In this document: positions 12,520 to 26,700 of the stretch, in pieces
Position numbering within the stretch: the first letter of the stretch is position 1
Layout: each line of letters starts with the position of its first letter
Assembly: GCA_013265495.1 (NCBI GenBank)
Contig: MU058781.1
Coordinates: 12,197,009-12,261,008, forward strand
DNA: 64,000 nucleotides
Reading direction: 5' to 3'
Source: Vicugna vicugna
Taxonomy: Eukaryota
Translations under genes and position numbers: made by a program
Notes under the pieces: generated by a model
What the model was told of the DNA's origin: nothing
Database searches by the model: none
Seen by the model: only the letters and a program-made list of their open reading frames with translations

Positions 12520-12647
12520 AAACACACCTGTCAGAATGGCTATCATCGAAAAGACCACACAAATAACAAGTATCAGTGAGACATGGAGAAAAGGAAACCC
12601 TAGTACACTGTTGGGAATGCAAATTGGTAAAACCGCTATGGAAAACG
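12520..12647 (+). mobile_element. L1 ORF2 fragment
   Basis: CACACCTGTCAGAATGGCTATCATC...TACACTGTTGGGAATGCAAATTGG. Confidence 0.75.
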
Positions 12648-13110
12648 GCATATTATTTTGAATTAAAGTTACTTGAGAAACAGTCAGTGGAAAAAAAGAT
12701 TTTAAATAACCACTCTGATCTCCTACTTTCTCCTGGAAAGCAGGAAATGACTCTCCCATGTGAAGCTATTCTCTCTGAACCAGGAGGATAGACTGTATCA
12801 CCAGAGTTAGGGAATTCAAAGCTAAGAAAACTGTATAAACAAACTTTGTTATTTCTACATTAGTCTGCTACCTCAAGAACAAGCCCCTTAGTTTTGTTAA
12901 ACCTTCACAAATAATTGTTTCTTTCCCTAAAAGTGATATGTAAATAGTCTGCTTTGGTCACTTCAGGGGGTTCCATTTCCATGAGACTTCCATGAATATG
13001 AATTAAACTGGTGTTTTTTTTTTCTCCTGTTAATCTGTCTTGTGTCAATTTAATTATTAAATCAACCCAAAGAACTCAAGAAGAATAGGGGGAAATTTTC
13101 CCCTCTGGCA
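12648..13110 (+). mobile_element. MER34-like ERV1 LTR, 5'-truncated
   Basis: GGCATATTATTTTGAATTAAAG...TTTTCTCCTGTTAATCTGTCTT...AAATTTTCCCCTCTGGCA. It resembles the LTR at 37174-37709. Confidence 0.65.
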
Positions 13111-14343
13111 GTGCTAAAAATAAAAAGCCCCAAAATCTCCCAAAATTACATTAAATTCAAAATTTGCTAAATAATTAATACTTATTTCACATTTAAAAAG
13201 TATTCAGTAAAACATGCCTAATAGGATTCTTAACATGTGGGCCAAATATATCTCAACTGAAAGTCCAATATCATGTATGATGGTGAAATACCAGTTCCAT
13301 TCCTAAGAGAGTCAGGAATGTGACAAGAAATCTTTGTATTAACTGTCATTATTTGATGACATTTTGTGATATATTCAGGACTATTAGTCAAAGAGTTCCA
13401 AGGAGCTGATTTATTGCACTGAGTATAGAGAAACATCTAAAGAAAGAAATAAAAACAGAAATCCAAATATGTATTGTCCATTACTGTTTAAAAAAGCTCC
13501 TTTTAAACTATGAAGCTATGAAGTAAAACAAAGTAACCCATAGACCTATTAATTATCATACATATACAAAAGCTGCAGAGATTTGGGACAAACAACAAAA
13601 ATGTGCAGTGGTGCTGTGAAACAAAGTCTAAAGCTCCCTAAGATAGGATTAACTAATAAGATTAGAAGAAATGACATAATTTGATAGTGAAGAATAATCA
13701 AACTTTTGAGTCAGTTGTTCCTTGAATTGAGCACATGTGCCCTCTCTCCCTCGTGTGTGTGTGGGGGTGGGGGGCAGCTGCAGTTTTGGGTTTTTTTTCT
13801 CCCTCTGAAAAAATAAAGGCAAAGAAATTCTGGAAAATGTAGGGAGAAAATTGAGCACACAAGACAAACTATGATCCAAACGGTTCAATATTTAGTAATA
13901 TACAAAAAGACAAGTCTGTGGTTGTATCAGTAGATCCAGTCAGGATAAAGAAACCACATAGTTATCTGAATAGGGAAACTTTAATATAGAGAATTAACCC
14001 AGGGAATTAGAGCTGGAGTAAGGACTCAGGGGACTGGCTAATAAGAAGTAAAATTAACTCTAAATAACAGAGGAATAGTAGTGGTAAGGGGCATTTTCTA
14101 CCTGTAGGGACAAAGACTGAGATCCAGACCTTCTTGGAGAGGTCACGTGTATAGCTCATGGATGGCAGATACGTTGCCATGGTTTTGCATAATTTGATGA
14201 AAATCTAGCCTCAAGAACAGATGAAGGCAACTGAAGAGATGAAGTTTGGAGTTCAGAGGAAGGGCATGTAAGGAAAGGAGACTACATAGGATTACCTTGG
14301 GAATGAGTTTAGACAGGGAAGAAGTTCAAGACAGAGTTCTGGG

Positions 14344-14496
14344 GGTAGGGAAGGGTGTAGCTCAGTAGTAGAGTGCATGCTTAGCATGCGCAAGGTCCTG
14401 GGTTCAATCCCCAGTACCTCTGTTAGAAATAAATAAGTAAATAATAAACCAAGTTAACTTTTCCATCCCAAAAATTAAAAAAAATTTTTAAAAAGA
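14344..14496 (+). mobile_element. vic-1-type SINE
   Basis: GGGTGTAGCTCAGTAGTAGAGTGCATGCTTAGCATGCGCAAGGTCCTGGGTTCAATCCCCAGTACC, with TSD ACAGAGTTCTGGG on both sides. Confidence 0.9.
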
Positions 14497-15239
14497 ACAG
14501 AGTTCTGGGTACACCAACATTAGAGGTTAAGGAAAAGATGATGATTCAGCAAAAAGGACTCAGAAAGAGCAACCAATAAGGCATGAGAAAAATCAGACTT
14601 GACTGACATGAGACAATCAAGTGAAACAAGGAGTGAGTGATGAAAGCTGTCAAGCCTTGACAGATAAGGCCTGAGAAGTGACTACTGGATTTGCCAGCAT
14701 GGAGCTCAGTGATGGCTTTGCCAAGTGCTCTCTTGTTGCTAGCAGGCTCAAGAAAGAATGACTTTGTATGGAATATAATCTATAAAAATATCAAATTACT
14801 ATATATACACCTGAACTATTGTAATATTTTAAGTCAACCACACTTCACTTTAAAAAGAGAGAGAATATGATGTAAGGAAACACCACAAGTACATGTGAGT
14901 CTTATGAAATGTTTTGCTACAAAAGGGAACAGAATCACAGGGAGTCAATTTTCACATAAAACTCAGTGGCCTTTGTGCAAATAGGTATAATCAGAAAACC
15001 ACAAAAATCATTCAAGTTAACCAAAATATATTAGGTCTCCACTGTGTGGAGAGCCCAGTTCTACTAAACAGGAGGATGATGGAGAGAAGACTAAAAAGGA
15101 CAATACATATCCCATCCCCATGAGGAATATAATAACCCTGAAAGCCCCTATAGAGTGGCAATGCTTAGACAAGGAGCATGGGGTGTCAGGCTTCTACAAG
15201 ACGGTGCACTGATTCTGAATAAAAGATCAAGGAAGATGG

Positions 15240-15366
15240 AAGTGACCTTGTCTGGATTTGAAGCATGAGGAAGATTTAACAAGCTTGATCTACTTGTCAG
15301 TGAAACAATGAAAGTTAAAAGTTAAACCACTGAGCCAATAAAATTCTCCACTTTGGCAACGTAAGT
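15240..15366 (+). promoter_or_regulatory. Candidate promoter / non-coding first exon of SLC17A4
   Basis: Repeat-free stretch with a nuclear-receptor half-site TGACCTTG (about 15243), an HNF1-like GTTAAAAGTTAAAC and a strong donor AAC|GTAAGT at 15360/15361. The ATG exon starts with an acceptor, so an upstream exon is required. The location is inferred. Confidence 0.35.
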
Positions 15367-15645
15367 GCCAAAATTTTGGGGTAATCATTTACCTCTGGGG
15401 ATTAGGAAATTTTGAGAAGCTGAGAGAAATTTATTTGAATGGAATGAGGATCCTGCACTCCACCTCCCTCAGGTTAGCGTTCAGTTTTTTGCTCTTAATA
15501 TTCTGCTTTTGAGATGATGGCAATGGGTTTTTTTCCATAGACAGTAACTTAATTTGTTGTTTTGGGGTGGAGATTGTGGGGTTCGGGAAGATAACTCTTC
15601 TTTCCTTAGATAATTCTGAAAAATGAGAGAGGATGTCACTTTTTC

Positions 15646-15647
<2 letters not shown>

Positions 15648-15677
<30 letters not shown>
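15648..15677. repeat. Poly(A)30 tract
   Basis: Read directly. Confidence 0.9.
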
Positions 15678-15678
<1 letters not shown>

Positions 15679-16354
15679 CCCCAGAATGCCAAGGGAAACA
15701 ACCCTGAGAATACGATCATCCAAACGGATGGCTGCAGAGACCTGGAGGCAAACCAGCAATTTTAAACTATCTTTTTTAGGGTTAATATCACCCAAATATT
15801 GGAATTATAGTAGATGCCTTGCAGCTTAAGATTCATAAATTGTGCTTGTTTTTTAGGGGGTGCATTAATTAAAAAAAACATTGATCACCTCTATGGTGAG
15901 ATACTAAGTGTAAACTCTGGCAGAGGAAGATTTTCATCAGCGCTAAAAAGATCAAATAATCAAAACAGACCAGATATGTCCAAGTAATTTATATATGGGG
16001 AAAAGTAAAACAAAATGAAGTCCTACTTGGCTTTGGAAAGTACTTAATGAGTAAGGAGTTTGGGGCAGAGAACTTTTATTTGGGGGCTATGAGTAAGAGC
16101 TACAAACTGTTTTTGTATGGAGGAAATGCTTAGTGCTGAGACCAGGCAGAGATAACATTAATAGCACTGCATGGTACCTTAAGGAAAAGTCTCATTCTAC
16201 ACTGAACTAGTGAATGGCAGAAGAGCAGGATATATCTAATGCAAAGGTAATAGACACAGAAACAGCCTTGGCCGGAGAAACATAGGAAATTGATATAAGA
16301 ATGACCCGCCCAGTTTCTTTTCAGGTTCTTCCTCATTTACATGGTCTCTAAATA

Positions 16355-17140
16355 AATAAAGTTGATAACTTTCAAATTTATATTTCTACCTGGGTCCTCT
16401 GTCTCAAGCTACAGACTCATAGACACAAGGCCTACTGCACAGTCTTCCCTTCTGGGTCTAACAGGCACCTGAAATCCAACGTGTCCAAAGCAAAACTCTT
16501 ATTTTGCTTCTGGAAACCTGGTCTCCTCTAGCTCATTTGCCCATCTCCACTGAGCACAAAACCATTCACTCATTTGCTAAAGTCATAAATCTAGAAGTCT
16601 TCAATGATCATTCCCGCCTTTTTCTCATCCCCCTATCCACCTCACTAGAAATTCTTCTTGGCTCTAGCTTCAAAACAGATCCTCAATTGGATCTTTTGTG
16701 TCATGACCAGCATAACTCAGACAACATCAACTCTTGAATAGGTGACTACAACAGCCTTTTCCCAAGTCTCTTGGTTCTTAGTCTTGTCTCTTATAGACCA
16801 CACACCCCACAGCAGCCAAGGTAAATCCAATCCCCTTACTCAGCCCATAGGATCCTACGTGGTGTGGTCCCTGACTACCACTTTGATCTCCTCTCCCACT
16901 GGTAACCTCCTCACCCACTCTGCACTGGCCATGTTGGTCAAACTTGCTGGTCCCTTTGTCTGGAATGTTCTTGTTCAGAGCTGCTTCCTTCTCATCATTC
17001 CCACTGCAATTCAGATATAACTTTCTCATAAACCAGGTAAAGTCATTAGATTTGGTAAAGTAATTGTCCTTTTCTCAAGATGCTAATTACTTAGTCGCTG
17101 TCCCTGCTACTCTCATTTTCTTCATGGCATATGTCTCTGT
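16355..17140 (+). mobile_element. L2 LINE fragment
   Basis: L2 3' motifs (GTCTAACAGGCACCTGAAATCCAACGTGTCCAAAGCAAAACTC). Confidence 0.65.
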
Positions 17141-20100
17141 TAACTTCTTTCTTTTCACTTTGTGACCATCCTGGAGACTTTGCTGGAGTTAACAAGGCAG
17201 TAGAAATTGGCAGTGGAGGGTGAAGGTAGGACAAACTGATGCAGCTGGGGACACGATGCTGGCATTATTGCTGGTTACTAGAAAAACTAGCAAATGCTTC
17301 TGTAGTAATAAATATAGAGAAGGGGCAATTTAATGAGAACTAAGTTCTTCAGTCATAAATGCAAGAGAAAGAGCTAAGGTAGCAGAACATCCTATTTATG
17401 GGGTCAAAAAATATTTACTGAATCAATAAATGAACTAGTGGTCAGTGAACTCTTAGGCACTGGCACACTAGAAGAGTCCTTATAGGTATAACCCTGTGGG
17501 AAAATGTTATTCTGAAAGCTGTGTCTTCAATTCCTGTGACTGCTATAATTCTATCAATTCAGTTAATTGCCCTAAGGTGTAAACAGATATGATAAGCAAA
17601 TTACTTTTACAGCAGAAAATTCAGTCCCTTCTTATGACAGGTTTCTTTTCAGTTACCAGAGCCAATTTTGCCAATGAGCAATGATTTGGATTAATTCAAC
17701 TTTCAGTGTGTTTCTGGATTCCAAGGTGGACTGGAGGGCTCTTTGTTCTATAATATTTGTGCTTTTGAACGATGTAATGCAGCAACTGTTCTGTTAGTTA
17801 ACCACTACCAAGTTTAAGTGAGACGTGCACAGACATTATGTAATGTTTCCACTTACAGTTAAAAACAGTATCATCAAGGAATCAGATATCTACTTGCTAC
17901 GATAATAATGAAAGTAGTACTCCATAGAGAGAAAGCGGAAACAATTTTATTTCACCAACAACCCCTGCCCTGCCCTACTTCCCTTTACATCTATACGGCC
18001 CCATAACTTTTCTGATTATTTTCAGAGAGCAAAAAATCCATTGGTTGTTTTCAGCCTCCAAATAATCTCATGTTATAACTGATAGCTCCAGTCTGATGAA
18101 AAGCACAAAACTCCAGACATCACTTAAAATTAGAGTTTCTCCCCATCTGCAGCTCGGGTTGAAGGAAGATGGTTCATTTGGTTTGACTTACTCTCTTTCT
18201 CTGTCAGCTCCTTCCCTCATCCTTCTTGCTAGCTGAGGCTTCTGATCCCTCTAGGGCTGGTGGCTAGGGAGATATGGGGTGGTTGGTAAGAGGCAGGAAA
18301 TGTGGTTTTTAACCAGGACTCATGTGACCTGGCATTGGTGCTTTCTGGGCTTGAGTGGGTGTTCAGTGCTAATCTTTTGGAGAGTTCTACACTGGGGACA
18401 CCCATTGGTCTCCCCCATGTCACAGGTGATGCATGTCCACTGCTCAGCTCTTACTGTTCCTTCCTCAGCTGTTGGGCATACTTCAGTCAGTCCACCCCAC
18501 TTTTTTGGGGTCATGTGGCCTCTCAAGACAGTTCTTTTGGGCAGGAATTTAGTAGGCTATAAACTGGATCTCTCCTGAGAAGTCTATATCTAATTCAGAA
18601 GGACCTGCAGGCCTTTGTCCAGGCATCTTTGCACTTGCTGCTGTGGGAGGTCTGTGTGCCATGGGCCTTTCTCTGCTCTACAGCCCCAGGCTAATAGTCA
18701 CAGCCCCATGCCCTTAGATTCTGAGGCATGTGTCACTCACCAGCCCCCTTTTCTCTCTCTCACACACATACAGCCACACATACAACACAACCTCCCGGGG
18801 ACATAAGCTCTGGACGACCCCCTTGCAGGTAACCATCATCGTTTGATTTGAAATAATGGACGGTACCCTCTTCCCCTCTTTCACAGAGGCAGGGTGAACA
18901 AGTGATGGAGCATACTAGCAACTTTCTCTAAAGACATTCTCTCAGCTTCTTTATCTCAGCCAGTGTGTGACCTCAGCTGCCTCATCCTTCTCAAGTCTCT
19001 TCCATCACTTTGGAATGAAGCTTACTGTTTTCTTCTCAAAATAGGATAGCTTCAGTCAAACTGGAGTCATAACAGTCCCATGTAAACATCCAGTTGTACC
19101 TGCACACACACTTTACCACACACACATACACAGGTGTACACACTTCCTGAAGGTGTCAGTCAGGATGAAAGATTCCTACACTCCACACATTGTGACCCCA
19201 GTTTCTTCTGACAGCTTTCTGTTGTTGTAGTTTTAAATGTATTTTTAAATCACAGTAGTTATTCACAAATGCATTATTGTTGTAATGCATTTAAACACCA
19301 CAGATCAAATTAAATTCCTGTGTGGCCACTCCTTCCCAAGGGACTGACACTCTGCATTCCCTTCTATACAGATGACCAGTGTTGTTAGATCCATGCATCT
19401 TAATTTGAAAACCAGAGCTCAGGACAATGTAGATGAGAGCTGTCATTGTCTCAGTGTTGTAAATTTTCTTTTCATAATTTTCTATTCACTTTTAAACACA
19501 TAAATTACATAATGGAATATTATGTGTGGGTGTGTTTTACTTTATTATCTTGTACTTACTATTCTACAACTTGCTTTTTTCACCCAATATATCTTCTAAA
19601 TCTTTATATGCTTTTTATATATATATATATATATCCAATCGATTGTTTTTTATGACTGTATAGTATCCCCAAATTTACATGTACTTTTCTTAACTATTCA
19701 AATATTAACAATCATTAGTTGTTTCTGATATTTTACTTTTACAACTATTGTTACAAGGAGTGTCTTGGGACATACTCTTTGTGTGGCTGTGCAGATGTCA
19801 TGAAGCAGAAATACTAAGTAGAAGGATGCAGTTTGACAACCTTAAACAACAGTTTATTTACTCCCACTTTTGCCTAAACTCAGTGATGAAAGTCTCTTGC
19901 ATATTTATGAAAGCTGATGGGTGAGAAATAGTAAGGTACTGTTCTTTTAACTTCCATGACCTTTGTAGTAAGGCAGAGTGCACTTCCCCCTGTTTGTTCT
20001 TCGTTTATATTTATGTATTGTTCTGATGGTTACCTACTCTTCCCCCATTTTCCTGTATTTTTGTCTTTTTCTATTATCTTGAAGAAGTTTAAAAAGCACC

Positions 20101-20625
20101 ACTCTCTTACTGGATTTCATACTGAAATTTCTCCTTTTCTGTCAATGACTTTTATGGCAGCTATTGCTATACATAAGTCTTATGCTTTTTGTATCCTGCA
20201 GTATCCTTATGATATATCTAGATGTAGATTTAATTTCATTTCTCTGGTTTGAGACTCACTGTGATTCCTGAATCTGAGAAATCTTGAGTTTTATCTATTC
20301 TGAAAAATTTTGATTCATTATTTCTTAAAGAGACATGAGAACACAGAACTGGAAAGAATATTATGATCTATTAAGGCAATCCAGGCCAGATCCCTCATTT
20401 TAGAGAAGCAGAGACGTGACATTCCCAAGACCACACATCTGGATGGTGATCGAGTCTGGACAACAAACCAGGTCTCCTGAACCCGAATCTAACTCTTTTT
20501 CCACCAGACGTTTTCTCCTAATTCTTAGAAGAATTGGGGCCATGCCATGTATGATATGGGACACTTTTCTCTGTATTCTTTTACTTCAGTAGGTAAACGC
20601 CAGTCCCTGAGAGAAGAGAACCAAA

Positions 20626-20716
20626 ATGTCCACTACAGTAGAAGCTGAGGTCACAGGGGAAGGTATTGTCAATGATGGCAATTTAAACACAGCTCAAGCG
20701 CATACCTCCAGGAAAG
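20626..20716 (+). CDS. SLC17A4: SLC17A4 coding exon 1 (MSTTVEAEV...TSRK/G)
   Basis: CCAAAATGT start context; donor G|GTAAAA; upstream acceptor TTCAG/TAG at 20588-20592. Confidence 0.88.
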
Positions 20717-23700
20717 GTAAAACCATGTACTGGGGTGTGAATAAAACTGGGATCTATGTCACCTCATCTTCCCTTTGGTAATATATAGCATCTTCTTGCT
20801 ACAACTAATTGCCAAGAATTCTATATAGCTGTAAAGCATTTTTACTGAGAATTACTTCATTTCATGCAAGAAACCTTGAAGGACAGGTAGGTATCAAGAT
20901 ATTATTTATAGATAAAGAAAAAATTCAGAGTGGACGCTAAGTAGACAATACAGAAGCCAACCTTGGCTTTTCTGATTCTAAATAAGCATTCCATTAGATC
21001 TTTCTGCTAATATTAGATCCAGACCTGCCTCAAGGAGAAAGGCTTTTTCTTTATACCATATCGTAGAAGTCAATTTTCCTCCTCCCTTTCAGGTATATTA
21101 CAATGTAGTGCTTTTCTATAATATGTCATAAGGGAAGCTGCTGAACACCTTATTTTACCCTAAACTCTTAATGACTTATAACTATGCATATTAATACTCT
21201 TAAGGATGTAGGCTTTTCATAAGACAATGCCTTTAAAAAGTAAAACACTAACCAAGATGGAATGTTTTGCAAGACTCAACATTTTAGCCAGTATGTTTGC
21301 TGGGAAGTGAACAGGCCTTAAGGAAAAGAGGATTCACCTAATCTTACCCATCAAAGAGGAAATCTGGAGACATGCATTCAAATATTCCCCCTACAATTAA
21401 CTACCATTTGATATGGAATGAATACTGCTCCATTGCCTCAGCTTCCCCTTCTGTAAAGTGGAAGAGTTTGTATCTCTAAAGATCCCATCCATTTCTAAAT
21501 ATTTAGGAGTCCATTGGACTATATACTATTAGCCAAATCCTCCTATCTTCTCTTTTTCTCTTAAAATCAGTAATACAGAGAACTTACATATAAAAATTTT
21601 CCATGGCACAATATAGCATATTGAGTAAGAGTACAGATTAGACGCCAGACTGCCTGTGTTTGCAGTCCTGATTTTGCATTTTATGAGCTGTGTGACCTTA
21701 GGCAAATCACATAAACTTAGGCAAATTACTTAAACTTTGTGACTCAGTTTCCTAATTTGCAAAAATGAGATGATGATAAGAGCATATACCTCACAGGATT
21801 TCCATGAGGACTAAACTAGTTATAATATGTAAACCATTTAGAACAATGCCTGGCACATAGTAAACATTGTATAAACTTTAGCTCTCATTATTATCTCTCA
21901 CACAGTGCCCCTCCTCCACCCACTTTTTGGCAGTCATGGGAACTCTCCATGATAATTTGTCAAAAGTGGGACTCATATGGCCTTTCCAGTTTTTTCCACA
22001 GTCTTCTAGGGCACCCCACCCCACCATGCTGCTTAGTCCTCTGGTGACTACCCCTTAACCCCAGTCTGTTATTACAAGTGGCATTATGCTAATAATATTA
22101 ATCCTTTTTTGGCTACGTCTCCTCCCACCTGATAAGGCAGAACCTCAACTACTCCTCAAAGTCCCACCTGGTTATTTTGTTGGATCTCCAAGTATTTTTC
22201 ATAAGTGCTTATGAATAAACTTTGCTGGCTTTCCAACATCAGTTTTCCCCTCACCTCTCTTTCTCCGGTCCATACTCACTGAGCACTGCTGGGTCCTCTG
22301 TATCACACCCTCAGGACACTGCTGGGGTTTTCTCTCCATACTGGTACCCCTAAAGGCTACTGATATCTTTGCTGGTCATGGCTGTGCATCTAAGACACTC
22401 ACTGAATCAAATCCAGGAGTTCCATGGCATGTGAGGAGATGCCCCCTCCCCCATTATATGTCACATCTGGCCATGTGGTCACATAATAGAGTTGCTTATG
22501 CTCTTCTATCTCTAGAGAGGCTGGGTGAAAAAAGCTGGACCTTCAGGTTCTGCTGGAAGATTCTTCTGTCAATCCCTGGAACTTACCAAGAGTATTGCTA
22601 CACAACAGGGAGCAGTGCTGGCCACTTCAAGCATTTGATCCCTTGCAGGAGCCAGGAAATGGGGCACCTACATGCCTTGAGGACAGGGATCACTTATTAT
22701 ACCTCTGGGATCTCTCTCCAGGGATATTCAGTCAGTCCTGCCAGCTGTTGTCAAACTAATGTATCTAGACTCAACCCCAGGGGTAACCCCAGAGTTCCCC
22801 TGGATCACTGGCAAATTCTGTGCAAGCCTAGATTACAGTATCAAGATGAAGTTTAAATACTTCTATAGTCTAACCTAGCCTACCTTTCAAGCCTCATCTC
22901 CTCCCATTTTAATCTGCCATGTTCCTTGGTTGTATATGGTACTGAAAGCCACCCCCGCTGCCCAAGTCAGTCACTTGGGGATCATTTCCAACAACTTCTG
23001 TCTCTTACTATCAGTATCCAATCAGTTGCAGCTTCCAGCCAATTCTCTGTCTAAATCCACTTCATTCCATTCCGGCTTTCATCAGCTCATACCAAGACCC
23101 TGCCTGGAAAACTCTGCTTAATGCTTACTCTGACCAATTCCAATTTCACACATTCTTTAAGTCTCTGCTTGAGTAACGGTTCAGAGTGAGTTATTGGGCC
23201 CCTCATCTCGTAGGGGTACAGGTGTCCACCAGATGCCTACTGAATAACATTTGCTCTCTCGATATTGCTGCCTCACAGACAGACTGCAATCTCTTCCCAC
23301 TTCCAGATTTAGGGAGGGTGGGAGAAAAGCATACCAATTTTAAGACTTTCTGTACCCTCTTGTTTCAGGCTTTTGCTCAGTCCGTCATGGGCTAGCCTTT
23401 ATCATGCATCTCTGTAATTTTTCGATTTTAACCCAACAAATGAACATGAGCATTGCCATCCCAGCTATGGTGAACAACACAGCCCTGCCCAGCTTACCCA
23501 ATGCCTCCACAGAAAAGCCACCCACTGAATCCCAGGATAACTGGAATGAAACTCTGGAGGAATTCAAGGTTGTGGTAAGTTTAAAGAGACTCTGGATCCT
23601 TTCTTTGACTCAAATATTTTGAACTAAAGAATTATTTATTGAGCATTGGCTATATTCAAGGAATTATATTACACAAGAACATAATTTGTATCTGAAGTTT

Positions 23701-26700
23701 TATCGTGACTAAGTGCCTGTAAGTGTAACTAGGGACTAAATTAGAATGAAGGAAACAGATTTTTACCATTTAGTGAGCACAAATTCTTCCCTTACTATGA
23801 TGAAAATCATCACAAAATAAGTTTCACATATTTACGTTTACTTTCCCTTTCTTCCTTCACATATTTTTAAATTACCTTGTCTATGATGCTTTCTTCTCTA
23901 CAGGCTTTCTTTTTTTATAAGCTCTCATACTTTAATTGGTCAGTTAATTGTGTAACTGAGGAAACTGTGGGAAGGGAAGGAGAATGTTGGGTATATGCTT
24001 AGGTTTTCTTGATAAAATTGGTAGATTGGAGGGCTTGGAGAGAGGTAAGAGGAAAGAGAACTGCCAATTATTTTCTTGCCTCTCAAGTACTCACAACAAA
24101 AACTGTCATCTCTCTAGCCAGAGATAAACAGTGATATTCTCTTTGTCATCTAGGCTGCTATGTATGACTGGAGTCCTGAAATCCAGGGAATCATCCTCAG
24201 CTCACTCAACTTTGGCTCATTCTTGGCTCCAATCCCTAGTGTCTTTCTGGTTGAACTATTTGGAGCTAGGTACTTGACTGGTGCTGGCATATTTATTTCC
24301 TCAGTCCTGAACCTCTTCATTCCACTAGCAGCTGATACTGGAGTGACTTTGCTTATTGTCCTACGGGTCATCCAAGGCCTAGTTCAGGTACCAAGATGTT
24401 TTCTAAGTATGAGTAGAACATAGATTCCAAAATGACCTCAGGTAGCCAAGAATCAACTGTTTTTCCAGGTTTTGGCATTAACATGTCAGTATTCAATCTG
24501 GGCCAGATGGGCTCCTCCAATGGAAAGGAGTCAACTCACCACCATTGCTCTATCAGGTAACTGATACCCTAATTTTCACCTTATGTGCCCTGTCCAAGAG
24601 TACTCTGCAATGGCTTATCAACAGAAACCAAAACCTTGTATTCTAACTGCTCTGTCTTCTTGCTCTAAGACAATATCCTATACTTTCTTTCTTGAGCTTA
24701 ACCAAAGGTTTTCTGGGCACGCACCAAACATTCCTGCAAATGCTTTTAATTTCATTTTAGTCTCAGAACAATCTTACAACTCACTTATATATAACTATTT
24801 CCATTTCATCCATAAAGGAATTTGAAACACAAATAGACTAATAACTTGTCCAAAATCACACAGCTACTGAGTAAAGGAGCAGAATTTGAACTTTGTAGTC
24901 TGGGTTGCAACTCAACTTTATGATGAAATCTATCTGTAAGAAGCACACAGAGTCCCACGTCTGACTTTCTCACCTAGAACATCTTCTGTTTAGGGTCAGT
25001 GCTGGGCTGCTTCATCATCTTCCTTGCTGGTGGTCACATCTGCCAGACCATAGGATGGCCTTATGTCTTCTATATCTTCGGTGAGTTTGTGCTTTTCAAA
25101 TCTCAGAATCTTGTTTTATGACAGAAGCTGCTGGGCATGATTTCTGTGATGCAAATCATCTATGGTTAACCAAATCCTAATAGATATACATATTTATGTA
25201 GCTAAAGTTGATAATGTTCAGAGTTTATCATGTGAAACTTGCAAATGACATTTGAGTTTTAACATCCTGATTGCCTAACTAGAATAACCTGATGTCATTA
25301 AAGGCATCATAACAATCTTTCCTGCTTCTATATTAAATCCACAAAGGGGCTCAGAAGAATTTCTTTCATAAGATGTTGAAAATGTAATCTTGGTGGGGTT
25401 ATATTTTTAGTTATGCTATTTATTTAATACATTCTTTTAAATTTCTCCCATTATTACTACAACCAGAAAATTGTGGAAATGTGACCTAATCATAGGCAAA
25501 ATACCGATTGGAGGAGGGAATTAAACAGTAGAGGCTGCAATTCAGAGCAGACAAATGTGAGGCTCAGGCATGGACGTAATATACAGAGGGATGCCGTGGA
25601 AAGGTTCCCAAGATATATGGAATGTTCCAGAGGCAAAATTCTACTACTTCACAATTTTGCCTTTAAGCAGCCCTGGGTGGGATCTTCCCAGATGCTGTCA
25701 GCTAATGCTTGTGTTTGTTTGATTTCTGAAACATTTTCTGGAATCCCATCTACAAACTGCCTAATTCCAGTGGGACCAGTAAATCCTGGTGTTTTTCATT
25801 AGAGGATAATATTCTTAGATCCAGGGTTCCTATAACATCAGGCCAATGCATTTGCTAGACAAAAATGTATAAAGATTGATTACTATAGCAGATCAACCTT
25901 TAAAGGCTCTGTCATGGAAACCTTAAAAGGGCAGGTCACAAAATTTTCAAGCAATGAGAGAGGCTTACTGTATTCCTGGTTTTGAGAAACAGTAAGCAGT
26001 ATATACAAAATTAGAACTCACTAAACATTTGTTGAATCAATGTTAACATCCTCCATCCTCAGTGTACAACAGTGCTCCTTTTCATATCTCTTACCCCCTT
26101 TTTGATTTTAAGTTCCTTGATGACAAAATTGTGTCTTTGGGTTCTCATATTCTCAAAATCTAGCAGAATGCCTTGTGTATGGTGGCTGCTCTATATCTGT
26201 GAAGGGATGTATAAATGACAAACTAGCAAGTGAAGAGAACTTTCAAGACTTTCTTAAGAGTTTAAAAAGGGAATTTTTATACGAATCATATTTCCACTTA
26301 ATACTAATAATGTTGAGTTGTCCACTACTGTAATCATGTATATATTAGAGAAAATATCTTTGCTGAGGATTAATTTCATTCCATGTTTAAAAACTGAGTA
26401 ATCAGCTGCACATATGTATTGCTGCTAATTCTTAAGTATTAGAGATGGATAAGAAAAAGTTTAATGATGACAGGAACTTTGAAGAAGCATGACCAACATG
26501 AGGGATGCTGGCTGATATCTCGACAGTGAGAGCATTTCAAGCACATGGGTCAAACACACTAATAACTTGAATTTAAGATACAGCCTTAACAATGGTACAT
26601 TTTAAAACTTCCCCAAACTCAGTGATTTAAAACAATAATCACTTAGTCTCTTCGTTTTGGGGGACAGCTGGGCAGCTCCTCTGCCTGTGTCTCTCATCTG

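Noticed and set aside
14344..14420. tRNA-Ala-like sequence (also 10771-10840 and 11550-11622)
   Set aside because: Each has a SINE tail and flanking duplications and lacks a clean acceptor stem, so these are SINEs rather than tRNA genes.
22431..22856. 141-aa intronic ORF
   Set aside because: GTG start, no homology recognised, and not needed for the SLC17A4 frame.
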